Of a stretch of DNA of 40,090 bases, positions 9,355 to 18,980 are shown piece after piece. Both the position numbers and the translations under genes were made by a program. Origin of the DNA: Haloferacaceae archaeon (lineage in GTDB: Archaea > Halobacteriota > Halobacteria > Halobacteriales > Haloferacaceae); contig JAZKTH010000001.1 of the NCBI GenBank assembly GCA_036625675.1, forward strand, positions 1 to 40,090, read 5' to 3'. Under the pieces are notes generated by a model. The model ran no database searches. It saw nothing but the letters and a program-made list of their open reading frames with translations, and was not told where the DNA came from. The stretch's first letter is position 1. Every line of letters starts with the position of its first letter.

Positions 9355-11210
9355 CACTCCCCGAAGTAAAACTCGAAGCGCGCGCCGCCGGCGTCGCTTT
9401 GGGTCACCTCGACGTCCCACCCGTGCGCCTCGGCGATGCGGTCGACGATGGCGAGCCCGAGACCGGTCCCCGCCTCGTCGGTGGTGTAGCCGGAGTCGAA
9501 CACCCGTTCGCGCTCCCCCGCGGGGATCCCTGGCCCGTCGTCCGCGACGTAGAATCCCGGCGGGTCGTCGGAGTCACACGGGAGCGCTCCGACCCGGACC
9601 GTTACCCCCGGACCGGCGTGTTCGAGGGCGTTGACGAACAGGTTCTCGAACAGCTCGACCGTTCGCGACTCGTCGACGGACAGCGAGCAGTTCCCCTCGA
9701 AGGAGAGGATCGCGTCCTCGGCCGCGACGCGTTCCCACGCCTCCCGTGAGACCCGCTCGAGGGTCGTCTCCACCAGTTCGCCGACGAGCCGTCCCTCCCG
9801 CGCGAGCCGGAGCAGGTCGTCGAGGAACTCCTGCATGTCGTCCAGCGCCCGGTCGACCCGATCGAAGTGCTCGGGGTCGCCGGTCTTCCGGGCGAGTTCG
9901 AGAAACCCCATCGCGACGGAGAGCGGGTTTCGCAGGTCGTGAGAGATGATCGAGGCGAACTCGTCCAGTCGCTCGTTTTGCCGTTTGAGCTTCTGCTCGC
10001 GTTCCTGTTGCTCGGTGATGTCCGTGTAGATGGCAAAGCCCGACAGGTTGTGGGAATCGAGCTCCAGCGGAATCACCTGGAGGATGAAGTGACGCCGCCC
10101 GTCGCGGGTCCGTCGGACCACCTCCGCCGAGACGTTCTCGCCCTCCCGGAGCCGCCGGTTGAAGCGCTCGCCCCGCCGGCGCTCCCCCTCCTCGTCCGGG
10201 AGGACGTACTCGTCGACGCTCTCGCCGACGACCGTCTCGCTGCCGTAGCCGAACACGTCCTCGAAGGCGGCGTTGACCCGGCGGAACACGGGGTCGCCGT
10301 CGACGAACTCGAAGGCGATCGCCGGGTCCGGGACGTTCTCGAAAAGCGACCTGAGCCGGTCGCGCTCGTCCCGGAGTTCGGCGGTGGTTTCGATGCGCGA
10401 GAGCGTCTCCCCGGCGTGTGCGGCCAGCAACTCCGCCAGGTTCAGGTCCCACTCGTCGAACGCGTCGGGCTCCGTCGAGACCGCCTGAAACACCCCGTGC
10501 TCGCCGATCGGAACGCTGATTCCGGAAGCGAACCCCGACTTGGACGGGCGCGCAATCGGGTCCTGGTCGACTCGATCGACCAGCCGTGGCTCGCCCTTTC
10601 GGAAACACCAGCCGCCGACTCCGACGTCCACTGACATGGGTCTGGCGTCGCCGACTTCGGTGTCTCCGGAGTGGGCTACCGGGACGAGGACGCCGTCGTG
10701 GTGTCGCATGGCGACACACCGGTCGAACGCCAGCACGTCCTCCGCGATCTCCACGGTTCGCTCGAACACCGCCTCCGGCTCCCGGAGCGCGGCGAACCCG
10801 GAGACGCCCTCGTGGAGTTGGGTGACCCGCCGGTCCCGCTTTGCTGCGTCGCGGTCGGCGGCCGCCAGCGCCCGGCGGACGGAAGCCACGACCGCGTCCG
10901 GGTGACAGTCGGACCCGCCCTCGTCGGTAACTGCGGCCGCACCGGGGGAACCGGATCCGTCGGTGCGCCCCGCCGCGGACGCCCCCCGCGTGGTCGGGGC
11001 GTCGCCACACGTCACGCACGGGACCGACGGCGCGGATTGCGCGGCCCACGCCCGGCCGAACGGGTCACAGCACACGAGGCAGTCCGCCCCCGACGTCTCG
11101 ACGTCGCCGGGTCGACGGACGGAGACGGCCCACTCGCTCGCGAGGGCCTCGAGCACGCCGTCGGGCGGCTCCCCGTCGGTGACGAGGAAAACGTGGGACG
11201 AAGCGGTCAC
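9354..11210 (-). CDS. Sensor histidine kinase (degenerate REC-like, GAF, PAS, HisKA, HATPase)
   Basis: GAF ([29 protein letters not shown]), PAS ([20 protein letters not shown]), H-box [14 protein letters not shown]-box [10 protein letters not shown]1 VADDGPGIP and G2 GTGLGL. Probable GTG start at 11210 (TTG at 11234 possible), with TTTATAT upstream. Confidence 0.9.
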   Translation of the reverse strand: MTASSHVFLVTDGEPPDGVLEALASEWAVSVRRPGDVETSGADCLVCCDPFGRAWAAQSAPSVPCVTCGDAPTTRGASAAGRTDGSGSPGAAAVTDEGGSDCHPDAVVASVRRALAAADRDAAKRDRRVTQLHEGVSGFAALREPEAVFERTVEIAEDVLAFDRCVAMRHHDGVLVPVAHSGDTEVGDARPMSVDVGVGGWCFRKGEPRLVDRVDQDPIARPSKSGFASGISVPIGEHGVFQAVSTEPDAFDEWDLNLAELLAAHAGETLSRIETTAELRDERDRLRSLFENVPDPAIAFEFVDGDPVFRRVNAAFEDVFGYGSETVVGESVDEYVLPDEEGERRRGERFNRRLREGENVSAEVVRRTRDGRRHFILQVIPLELDSHNLSGFAIYTDITEQQEREQKLKRQNERLDEFASIISHDLRNPLSVAMGFLELARKTGDPEHFDRVDRALDDMQEFLDDLLRLAREGRLVGELVETTLERVSREAWERVAAEDAILSFEGNCSLSVDESRTVELFENLFVNALEHAGPGVTVRVGALPCDSDDPPGFYVADDGPGIPAGERERVFDSGYTTDEAGTGLGLAIVDRIAEAHGWDVEVTQSDAGGARFEFYFGE

Positions 11211-11459
11211 GGTGGATCGATCTGTTGTCGTCAAGTGCGCCGGAACGGATATAAACGTTCTCACTCGATTATCATATTTGCAAACGCGAGGAACTGGACG
11301 TGAAACGCTGATTTCACACGTGATATTTTCCGGAGAGAGGGCTCTGGAAGGGTAACGCGGGGGCAGTCCGACGCAGTCGGGCGCCGGGGAGACGAGAGGC
11401 AGCGACGGGCGTCCCCACCGGTGAGTAACACACAAGGCGTCGGGAATCCCAGAGGGGCC

Positions 11460-12638
11460 ATGGACGAACCGGGGGAGACCGACGGCGGGGCCGAGACGGA
11501 ACTCGTTTCGCTCACCCGTCGGCTCGTCGAGATTCCGAGCCACGAGGACGAGACTGCGGCGGGCGACGCGATCGAACGCTGGCTCCGAACCGAGACCGAC
11601 GCCGCCGTCGAACGTGACGATACGGGGAACGTCCTGGCGCGCCGGTCGCCGGCGACCCCGTCGGCGGGGATAGACGTCCGGGACGGGGACGACGACCGGC
11701 CGACGGTCGCGCTGGTGGGACACCACGACGTGGTGCCGCCGGCCGACTCGCAGGTCGAGGGGGGGCCGGACGCCGACGCCGACAGGTACGCCGTCGAGCG
11801 GCGGGACGGCCGGCTGTACGGCCGGGGCACGGCGGACATGAAGGGGGCGGTCGCCGCCTGCATGCTGGCGTTCAGGGACGCGACGTTGCGTCCGGACGGC
11901 CCGGACCTGGCGTTCGCCTCGTTCGTGGGGGAGGAGTCGGGCGGAGTCGGGGCGCGCCCCGCGATCGAGGCGGGGTTCGTCCCCGAGTACGCCCTGATCG
12001 CGGAGGGATCGACGAACTACTCGAAGCCGGGGGTGACCGACGTCGTCGTCGCCCACAAGGGGCGTCGCGCGAGCACGCTGATCGCCCGCGGCACGGCGGC
12101 CCACGCCAGCGAGCCGGACCGCGGCGAGAACGCGATCTACCGGGCGAGCGACGCGGTCGACGTCGTCCGCGAGCTCCCGTTTCCGGAGACGACGGTCCTG
12201 GGCGAGCCGCTCCGGGGGAGCCTCGCCGTCACCGAGATCGAGGGCGGGAGCGCCTGGAACGTCATCCCCCAGCGGTGCGAGGTGACGATCGACGAACGGA
12301 CCGTCCCGGGCGAGCGGGCGCCCCTGGAGCGCGCTGAGTCGATCGACGGCGTCGAACTGTCGATCGAACAGGACCTGCCGCCGATGGCGTGTTCGGACGA
12401 CGCGTTCGCCGAGCAGGTGCTGGCGGCGGCCGACGCGTCCCAGTCGGGCGAACCCGAACACGTCACCAAACCCCACGCGACCGACGCGGGGTGGCTCGCG
12501 GGCGCGGGAACCGCCTGCGTCGTCTGTGGCCCCTCCGAACCCGGGGAGGCCCACACCGACGCCGAGAGCGTCTCGATCGACGTGCTGACGCGGTGTTACC
12601 GGATCTACCGGCAGGTCGGGGAGACCGTCGGGACGTAG
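11460..12638 (+). CDS. M20 family metallopeptidase (ArgE/DapE-like)
   Basis: [46 protein letters not shown] and EAHT motifs. ATG at 11460. Confidence 0.92.
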   Translation: MDEPGETDGGAETELVSLTRRLVEIPSHEDETAAGDAIERWLRTETDAAVERDDTGNVLARRSPATPSAGIDVRDGDDDRPTVALVGHHDVVPPADSQVEGGPDADADRYAVERRDGRLYGRGTADMKGAVAACMLAFRDATLRPDGPDLAFASFVGEESGGVGARPAIEAGFVPEYALIAEGSTNYSKPGVTDVVVAHKGRRASTLIARGTAAHASEPDRGENAIYRASDAVDVVRELPFPETTVLGEPLRGSLAVTEIEGGSAWNVIPQRCEVTIDERTVPGERAPLERAESIDGVELSIEQDLPPMACSDDAFAEQVLAAADASQSGEPEHVTKPHATDAGWLAGAGTACVVCGPSEPGEAHTDAESVSIDVLTRCYRIYRQVGETVGT

Positions 12639-12731
12639 CCGGCGAGGCGACAGGGAACGCACCCGAGAAGTAGCCGGCAAGACGGCCGGGTAAGCAGTCG
12701 GTTCTTTACCGGGGGGCGGCAACACGCGTGC

Positions 12732-14246
12732 ATGGCAACCGAAACCACGTCGACCGACGCGACGGACGCCTACGAGGGGCTACTGGAGCGGTACCAGCGC
12801 GTCTCGGATCTGGGTAGCGCGAGCGGCCTGCTGTCGTGGGACCAGCAGGTGATGATGCCGGAGAACGGCACGCCCGCGCGGTCGAGGCAGCTCTCCACCC
12901 TGGCCTCGCTGCGCCACGAGCTGCTCACGGACGAGGAGATCGGGGCGCTGCTCTCCGAGCTGGAGGAGGCCGACCTCGATCCGGACCGGGAGGCGAGCGT
13001 CCGGGAGATCCGGCGACAGTACGAGCGCGCCGATGCGGTTCCCCGGGAGCTCGTCGAGGAGATCTCCGAGACCTCCACCGAGGCGCTGTCCGCCTGGGAG
13101 GAGGCGAAGGCGAACGACGAGTTCGAGACGTTCGAGCCGTACCTCCGCAAGCACGTCGAGCTGAAGCGGGAGTACGCCGAGCACATCGATCCCGACCGCG
13201 ATCCCTACGAGGTGCTGTTCGAGGACTACGAGCCGTGGCTCCCCCTGGAGCAGGCGGAGGAGATCCTCACCGAGCTCCGGGAGACGCTGGTTCCGATGAT
13301 CGAGGACGTCCGGGAGTCCGAGGCCGACGTGACGACCGACGCCTTCGAGGGCGAGTGGGACGCCGACGTCCAGGAGGAGCTCTCCCGGGAGCTGCTCACG
13401 ACGGTGGGCTACGACTGGGACCGCGGGCGGCTCGACACCTCCTCGCACCCGTTCACCTCGGGCAACCAGTTCGACTGCCGAGTCACCACTCGGTTCGACG
13501 AGTCCGATCCCGTGGGCGCGATCACCTCGACGATCCACGAGTTCGGACACGCGCAGTACAACCTCGGTCTCCCTCAGGAGGAGTTCGGGACGCCGATGGG
13601 CGAGTCGCGGGACCTCTCGGTCCACGAGTCCCAGTCGCGTCTCTGGGAGAACCACGTCGGGCGGTCCCTGCCCTTCTGGGAGCTCGCCACCCCGATCGTG
13701 AGGGAGTACTTCCCCGAGTTCGACGCCACGCCCCGCGAGGCGTACGAGACGGCGAACCAGGTGTACGAGGACAACCTCATCCGGGTCGAGGCCGACGAAC
13801 TCACCTACCACCTCCACATCGTGATCCGGTTCGAGATCGAGCGCGACCTGATCCGGGGCGACCTCGACGTCGCGGACGTCCCCGAGGTGTGGAACGACAA
13901 GTACGAGGAGTACCTCGGGATCCGTCCGGAGACGGACGCCGAGGGGTGCCTGCAGGACATTCACTGGAGCCACGGCAACTTCGGTTACTTCCCGACGTAC
14001 TCGCTGGGGTCGGTGATGGCCGCCCAGCTTTTCGCCGCGGCCGACGCCGAGATCGACGACCTCGAGGGGAAGATCCGCGAGGGCGAGTTCGAGCCGCTCC
14101 ACGAGTGGCTCTCGGAGAACGTCCACGCGCACGGCCAGCGCTACCGGACGAACCAACTCGTGGTCCAGGCCACCGGCGAGGCCTTCACCGCCGACCACTT
14201 CACCGACTACGTCGAGGAGAAGTACGGCGAACTCTACGGACTGTAG
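12732..14246 (+). CDS. Carboxypeptidase M32 (Taq-type)
   Basis: [19 protein letters not shown] zinc motif, [29 protein letters not shown] and YFPTYSLG. Confidence 0.96.
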   Translation: MATETTSTDATDAYEGLLERYQRVSDLGSASGLLSWDQQVMMPENGTPARSRQLSTLASLRHELLTDEEIGALLSELEEADLDPDREASVREIRRQYERADAVPRELVEEISETSTEALSAWEEAKANDEFETFEPYLRKHVELKREYAEHIDPDRDPYEVLFEDYEPWLPLEQAEEILTELRETLVPMIEDVRESEADVTTDAFEGEWDADVQEELSRELLTTVGYDWDRGRLDTSSHPFTSGNQFDCRVTTRFDESDPVGAITSTIHEFGHAQYNLGLPQEEFGTPMGESRDLSVHESQSRLWENHVGRSLPFWELATPIVREYFPEFDATPREAYETANQVYEDNLIRVEADELTYHLHIVIRFEIERDLIRGDLDVADVPEVWNDKYEEYLGIRPETDAEGCLQDIHWSHGNFGYFPTYSLGSVMAAQLFAAADAEIDDLEGKIREGEFEPLHEWLSENVHAHGQRYRTNQLVVQATGEAFTADHFTDYVEEKYGELYGL

Positions 14247-14270
14247 CCGGCCGCGCAGCCGGCGCCGGCG

Positions 14271-14924
14271 TCACTTCCCGGGGTCGCCGCGAAGCTTTCG
14301 GAGCACTTCGCCCGCGACCTCCTGGTCGGCGGCCACGAGGTACCGGCGGCCGCCCACGAGCTTCGTCGAGTGCTGGACGGTGACGTCGCCGTCCGCCTGA
14401 GAGATCACTACCGACCCCTCCGGGAGCACGTCCGCGACCACCTCGCCCGCCGCCGGCGCGTCGTAGTCGACCCGGACGTCGAACACCTCGAGGTCGCCGG
14501 TCACTCCCTCCAGGGTCCGGACGTCGCTCCCCGCGAGGGCGTTGACGGCCGCCTTGATGCTGGCCCGCTCCGGGAAGAACACGCTGTCGACGTATTCGGT
14601 GTACTCGTCGCCGTCCTCGTCGGCGATCCGCGCGACCGTCCGGATCTCCGGGTACAGCTGCTTTGCGGCCATGCAGATCGCGAGGTTGGTGTCGCCGCGG
14701 TCGGTCAACGCACCCAGAACTTCCGTCTCCTCGGTTATCGCCTCCCGGAGCAGCGACGGGCGGGTCGCGTCCCCCTCGATGCACTCGATGTCGTCGTTCG
14801 TCTCGACCGCGTCGACGTTCCGTTCGATGACCGTGACCGCCGTGCCTCGGTCGGCGAAACGCGACGCGACTCGACGACCGACTCGACCGCCACCCGCAAT
14901 GACGATGTGCCTCGGTTCGGACAT
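14271..14924 (-). CDS. trkA: TrkA-family RCK domain protein (potassium uptake, NAD-binding)
   Basis: IAGGGRVG Rossmann motif, IEGDAT, DTNLAIC and a TrkA-C-like C-terminus. Confidence 0.88.
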   Translation of the reverse strand: MSEPRHIVIAGGGRVGRRVASRFADRGTAVTVIERNVDAVETNDDIECIEGDATRPSLLREAITEETEVLGALTDRGDTNLAICMAAKQLYPEIRTVARIADEDGDEYTEYVDSVFFPERASIKAAVNALAGSDVRTLEGVTGDLEVFDVRVDYDAPAAGEVVADVLPEGSVVISQADGDVTVQHSTKLVGGRRYLVAADQEVAGEVLRKLRGDPGK

Positions 14925-14968
14925 GTATCAGTGGTCGAAACAGCCCCTATTAACAGTTGTCACAGAGA

Positions 14969-15130
14969 CGATTCCGTCGTCCTGTGGAGTGAACTACCCC
15001 TGCCTACTCAGCCGCTACCGCGGCTTCCTTGAGGCAGGGGCTTCCTGTTTCAACGACGCGACTTGCAGACACTGAAACAGAGTCCACAGCGGTCGCAGTC
15101 TTCACAGGCGTTGCTTCGGAGTGAACCACT
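14969..15130 (-). ncRNA. Putative omega/reRNA of TnpB (scaffold overlapping tnpB 3' end plus flanking guide)
   Basis: Inferred from IS200/IS605 biology: the right-end hairpin overlaps the tnpB stop and the guide would be the flank TCCACAGGACGACGGAATCG (14988 to 14969). The 5' limit is a guess. Confidence 0.5.
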
Positions 15131-16421
15131 CCTAGTTTCGACAATCCACGTGACTTCACGTTCAACGCTGCGTTCCAATCCCTCTCAGTCTCGAACCCGC
15201 AGGACGGACACGAGTGTTCCCGAATCCATAACGGCTTGTCCGTTTCCGCCCCACATGACGCGCACTCTTTCGTTGTCCCTTTCGGATTCACCTCGACGTA
15301 GTGCGTGCCGTGCTTGTCACAATGGTGTTCGAGAATCGCTCTGAACTCACTCCCACCCACGTCGGCCTTGTTCCGCGCGTTACCAGCTGATTCCAGCATC
15401 GACTTCACATTGAGGTTCTCGACGAACACCGCATCGTACTCCACCGCGTAGAAGTGTGCGAGCTTGTGCTTGTAATCTCGCTTCTTGTTCGACATCCGAG
15501 CGTGAACCTCGGCAACACGACGGCGCTGCTTCTCCCAGTTGTTCGACTCGTACTGTTTGCGAGAGAGCGAGCGTTGCTCGCGGTCGAGTCGCTCTCGCTC
15601 GTCGGAGAAGTCGAGTCGCCTGATGGAACGACCGTCCGAGTCGTAAATGAAGTTGAGGACTCCGAGGTCGATACCTACAGTATCTTCAGCGTCGATGTCT
15701 TCTGGAGCAGGTTTCTCAGGTTCGACGGTACTGATGCAAAACGAGGCGTACCACGCTCCCGTCGGTTCTTTCTTCACTGTGACTTCCTTGATAGCATCAT
15801 GCTCTGGAAGGTCACGGTGGAGTCGGAGTGGTATCTCCAGCGTTTCACCACGGACTTTCTTCAAACGGAGTATCGCACGGTCTCGTGAGCCACTCTTCTT
15901 GTCGAGTTCGAAGCCCGATTGCCGATACGTGAAACTCCGATACTCACGCGGCGGTTTCCAGTTCAACGAGCCAACATCATAGCCCTTGGCTTTCAGCTTG
16001 CCGAGATTGGTGATGTTGGTGCGGATGCGTTCGACAGCTTTCTGCAAGACAGTAGAGTAGACTTGTTTCAACTCAGTCCACCATTGCTTGAGTTGTGGTA
16101 AGTCATCTCGGACGTGCCAGACGCGCTGTCGAAGCGTACCTTCGTCTTCGGGGATTTGGGTGAATTCCTGGAGTGCGTGGTTGTAGAGTTGTCGCACGGT
16201 GTCTCTCGTCCAGTCAAGACTCTCCCGTTGCTCGGTCGTTGGAAAGAGTCGGTACCGTGGACTGTACTCCATGCGACTTATTGCCTGCTAGTGGTTGTAG
16301 TTAGTAAAGAGTTTTGAGTAGATTTGGTTGTGAATCGTGCGGGCGCTGTATCCTCGCCCTACTCGCTCGGCTTCGCCTCGCTCCTTGAGGACGGGGGCTT
16401 AGCGCCCTCTCTTTCAGCTAA
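14989..16421 (-). mobile_element. IS200/IS605-family element, IS1341 group (tnpB only)
   Basis: Visibly lower GC than the flanks. Related subterminal hairpins at both ends share CCTACTC...CCTTGAGG..GGGGCTT (~14997-15042 and ~16341-16407). Right end ...GTAGTTCAC| at 14989. Left end adjoins TTAG (16418-16421, minus strand). No tnpA. End positions are approximate. Confidence 0.88.
15004..16272 (-). CDS. tnpB: RNA-guided endonuclease TnpB
   Basis: YRLFPT..Q N-terminal HTH, RuvC-I VGIDLG, RuvC-II VFVENL, Zn finger CASC/CPSC and RuvC-III RDWNAALN. All three catalytic acidic residues are present. Confidence 0.96.
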   Translation of the reverse strand: MEYSPRYRLFPTTEQRESLDWTRDTVRQLYNHALQEFTQIPEDEGTLRQRVWHVRDDLPQLKQWWTELKQVYSTVLQKAVERIRTNITNLGKLKAKGYDVGSLNWKPPREYRSFTYRQSGFELDKKSGSRDRAILRLKKVRGETLEIPLRLHRDLPEHDAIKEVTVKKEPTGAWYASFCISTVEPEKPAPEDIDAEDTVGIDLGVLNFIYDSDGRSIRRLDFSDERERLDREQRSLSRKQYESNNWEKQRRRVAEVHARMSNKKRDYKHKLAHFYAVEYDAVFVENLNVKSMLESAGNARNKADVGGSEFRAILEHHCDKHGTHYVEVNPKGTTKECASCGAETDKPLWIREHSCPSCGFETERDWNAALNVKSRGLSKLGVVHSEATPVKTATAVDSVSVSASRVVETGSPCLKEAAVAAE

Positions 16422-16480
16422 CCACCGCCACGGATCGGAAGTTAATACATATATCCGACAGCCGCGTATTCCTCCTCGAC

Positions 16481-16798
16481 ATGCAATTCTGCGACGAGTG
16501 TGGTTCGATGATGCACACGGAGGGCGACACGTGGGTGTGTCGCTCGTGTGGGAAGGAGGAGCCGCGGGACTCGCAGGCGGAAGCGGCGATGTCGATCCGG
16601 GACGGACAGCGGGACGACGGGGCACCCGCCGTGGCCGACGGGACCCGGGGCTCCACCGAGACGATGCAGGAGCCCTGTCCGGCGGACGACTGCGACGGCG
16701 ACCGGGCCTACTACGAGATGATGCCGAAGCCGGGCGGCTCCTACGAGGTTCGGCTGTTCACCTGCGTCGAGTGCGGCCACAAGTGGCGCGAGTCCTGA
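16481..16798 (+). CDS. TFS / RPA12-RPB9-RPC11 family double Zn-ribbon protein lacking the catalytic DE hairpin
   Basis: MQFCDECGSMM...WVCRSCG and CPADDC...RAYY...LFTCVECGHKWRE. The expected QxRSADE segment reads MPKPGGSYE. TATA-like CATATAT at ~16448. Confidence 0.88.
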   Translation: MQFCDECGSMMHTEGDTWVCRSCGKEEPRDSQAEAAMSIRDGQRDDGAPAVADGTRGSTETMQEPCPADDCDGDRAYYEMMPKPGGSYEVRLFTCVECGHKWRES

Positions 16799-16927
16799 CG
16801 ACAGTCGTCGCAAATACGGTTTCTTTGTTCAGTCTACGGCGTGATTTTTTCGTGCCGATTCCTCCGTCTCGCGTGGATTCAACTCCGCCGCGGTCGGATT
16901 TCTTCGTGGGTTTCCGCCTCGAAACTC

Positions 16928-17074
16928 TATGACCTGCAAATCTCGTTCGTGGACCACACGACCGAGGTGCTTGCGGACGAAGTTGACGCGGAACACGTCT
17001 TCGCCTTCGACAGTGATTTTCGGACGCTGGGGTTCGCCCTCCTCCCGGACGACATCGACCTCCCTGACGAATGA
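16928..17074 (+). pseudogene. 3' fragment of a PIN-domain (VapC-like) toxin gene
   Basis: YDLQISFVDHTTEVLA..DAEHVFAFDSDFRTLG matches the C-terminal SFVD/DxDF motifs of haloarchaeal VapC. No N-terminal half with a VDT motif is present in any frame upstream. Confidence 0.7.
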
Positions 17075-17345
17075 CGGACGACAGGTCACCGTTTGAGGAC
17101 GGCGAGGACGAGACCCCGCTGACGCTCGTTCTCCGCGACTTGCGCAAGAAGACGTACCCGTACATCCGGTTCAACCGGGACAAACCATCACGCACTCCAG
17201 AGACGTGCTACTGCGGGTGCTCGCCAGCGCGGCTCGGGACTGCGTCCACCTCACGACGGCCGCGGACGGCCTCGAGTACGAGCACTGGCTCGACGAGGCC
17301 GACATCCCGTCGCAGTGGACCCTCGGCTACCATTCGACGGTACCA
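17071..17345 (+). pseudogene. Frameshifted, truncated fragment resembling the N-terminus of an ISH3-like DDE transposase
   Basis: MTDD..LRKKTYPYIRFNRDK, then after a shift near 17185 TITHSRDVLLRVLASAARDCVHLTTAA..DIPSQWTLGYH with host-like codons. Resemblance judged from memory only. Confidence 0.3.
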
Positions 17346-17357
17346 CGTCCGACCGCA

Positions 17358-18005
17358 TCACCGCATCGCTTCCGAGACGAGTTTCCGCTCGGCGGACTGC
17401 AGCCGCTGGGAGATCGTGGACTTCGAGACGTCGAACTCCTCGGCCAGTTCGTCGAGGCCGATCTCCCGGTCGCGCTCGTAGTAGCCGTGCTCGATCGCCC
17501 ACCGGACGGTCTCCCGTTCCAGTTCGGTGAGTTGCGAGACGTCGACCGTCTCCAGCTGCTGGGTTTCGGCGGAGCCGTCGGTCAACGCGAGCCGCCGGAC
17601 CTCCACGTCGCCGATCTCGGACAGGTCGTCGACGAGTTCGACGAGCGCGAGCCGATCGGGAGGATACGTTTCCACCACCACTTCCTCGTCCGTGGCGTCG
17701 CGGATGACCGCGACGGAGTCGTAGTCCGTGAACGGCGTACAGAAACACGCCTCGTCGATGCAGCTTTTCATGTACCGGGGCGACGCGTCGCCGGTCGGAT
17801 TCCGTGCCACCTTCGTGACCAGGTGACACTCGTCTTCCGTGAGCGTCCGTTCGACCTCGAGCACCCCGGGCCAGGCCTGCGAGAGCGGACACGGATGATC
17901 GTCGGGCAAGGAGATCGCGAGCCGGGCGTGGAGCTCCCGGTCGTCCGCCAGCAGCTTTCCGATCGAGGTACCCCCGCCAGGAGTCTCGTGCCGAGGGGTC
18001 GACAT
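17358..18005 (-). CDS. HTH_10 (bacterio-opsin activator-type) regulator with Cys-rich N-terminus, DmsR/NarO-like, paralogue A
   Basis: HPCPL, ECH, C..EACFC and C-terminal LTELERETVRWAIEHGYYE...LDELAEEFDVSKSTISQRL..AERKL. Start may be 18005, 18029 or 18044. Confidence 0.88.
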   Translation of the reverse strand: MSTPRHETPGGGTSIGKLLADDRELHARLAISLPDDHPCPLSQAWPGVLEVERTLTEDECHLVTKVARNPTGDASPRYMKSCIDEACFCTPFTDYDSVAVIRDATDEEVVVETYPPDRLALVELVDDLSEIGDVEVRRLALTDGSAETQQLETVDVSQLTELERETVRWAIEHGYYERDREIGLDELAEEFDVSKSTISQRLQSAERKLVSEAMR

Positions 18006-18153
18006 AGCGAAGAATTGTTCGCCAGACATAATAAAGTCCTCCATATTGCGGTTAAATAATTAAGTGAAAGAGGCAGAATACCGAAAGACATTTTCAGACG
18101 TTGTCAGAAACCGACGTGAGTGGCGGGGCCTCGAACGGGAGCGTTCGGAGACC

Positions 18154-18801
18154 TCACCCGATTGCCTGCGAGACGAGCTTCCGCTCGGCGGACTGCAGCC
18201 GCTGTGAGATGGAGGACTTCGAGACGTCGAACTCCTCGGCCAGCTCGTCCAGGCCGATCCGACGGGGGTCCTCGTAGTAGCCGTGCTCGATCGCCCACCG
18301 GACGGTCTCCCGTTCCAGTTCGGTGAGCTGCGAGAGGTTGACCGATTCGCGGTTGCAGACCTCGGACGACCCGTTCTCGAGGAGGGAGAGCTGTCGCACC
18401 TCCACGTCCGCGAGCTCCGAGAGCTCCCCCACGAGCTCCATGAGCGCGACTCGATCGGGCGGATAGGTCTCGATCGTGACCTCGCCCTCCTTCCGGTCCC
18501 GGATCACCGCGACCGAGTCGTGTTGGGTGAACGCGCTGCAGAAACACGCCGCATCGTCGACGTCGCTCGTGACGTGCAACACCGCCTCCCCCTCGGCTTC
18601 CTCCGGCGCCGCTTTGGTGATCAGGTGACACTCGCCGGCCACCGTGGTCTGTTCCACGTCGGTCACGCACGGACACGTCTCGTTCAACGGACACGGGTGA
18701 TCCTCGGGAAGGGATACGGAGAGACAGGCACGCAGCTCGCGGGCGTCCCCGAGGAGCTTGCCGACGGACGTGTTCATATGTGAAGGATTCATGTAGACCA
18801 T
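18154..18801 (-). CDS. HTH_10 regulator with Cys-rich N-terminus, DmsR/NarO-like, paralogue B
   Basis: Same architecture as 17358-18005 (HPCPL, ECH, AACFC, near-identical HTH). Start may be 18777, 18792 or 18801. Confidence 0.88.
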   Translation of the reverse strand: MVYMNPSHMNTSVGKLLGDARELRACLSVSLPEDHPCPLNETCPCVTDVEQTTVAGECHLITKAAPEEAEGEAVLHVTSDVDDAACFCSAFTQHDSVAVIRDRKEGEVTIETYPPDRVALMELVGELSELADVEVRQLSLLENGSSEVCNRESVNLSQLTELERETVRWAIEHGYYEDPRRIGLDELAEEFDVSKSSISQRLQSAERKLVSQAIG

Positions 18802-18980
18802 CAATAAGCCGGTGGCGATTTTCCCCGGAAAGGAAGAGAAATTAGTTTTATGTATTTTGGTGAATTTCTCGAAAGACAGTCACACGATCGACCGGACGCG
18901 ACAGGTTCCGGCCGTGGCCGGTGGCGGCGGGTCCGGGCCACGACCGGACGCTTTACGTTCCGGCCGGCGATATCGCGCGT

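Noticed and set aside
9354-12725. 1123-aa minus-strand ORF as a giant kinase
   Set aside because: The first ~500 codons are the antisense shadow of the M20 gene and intergenic DNA (Arg/Pro/Gly-rich). Kinase-like sequence starts near 11210.
16273-16421. tnpA or a small ORF in the IS left part
   Set aside because: Only ~150 bp, occupied by an AT-rich promoter-like tract and the end hairpin. No HUH motif.
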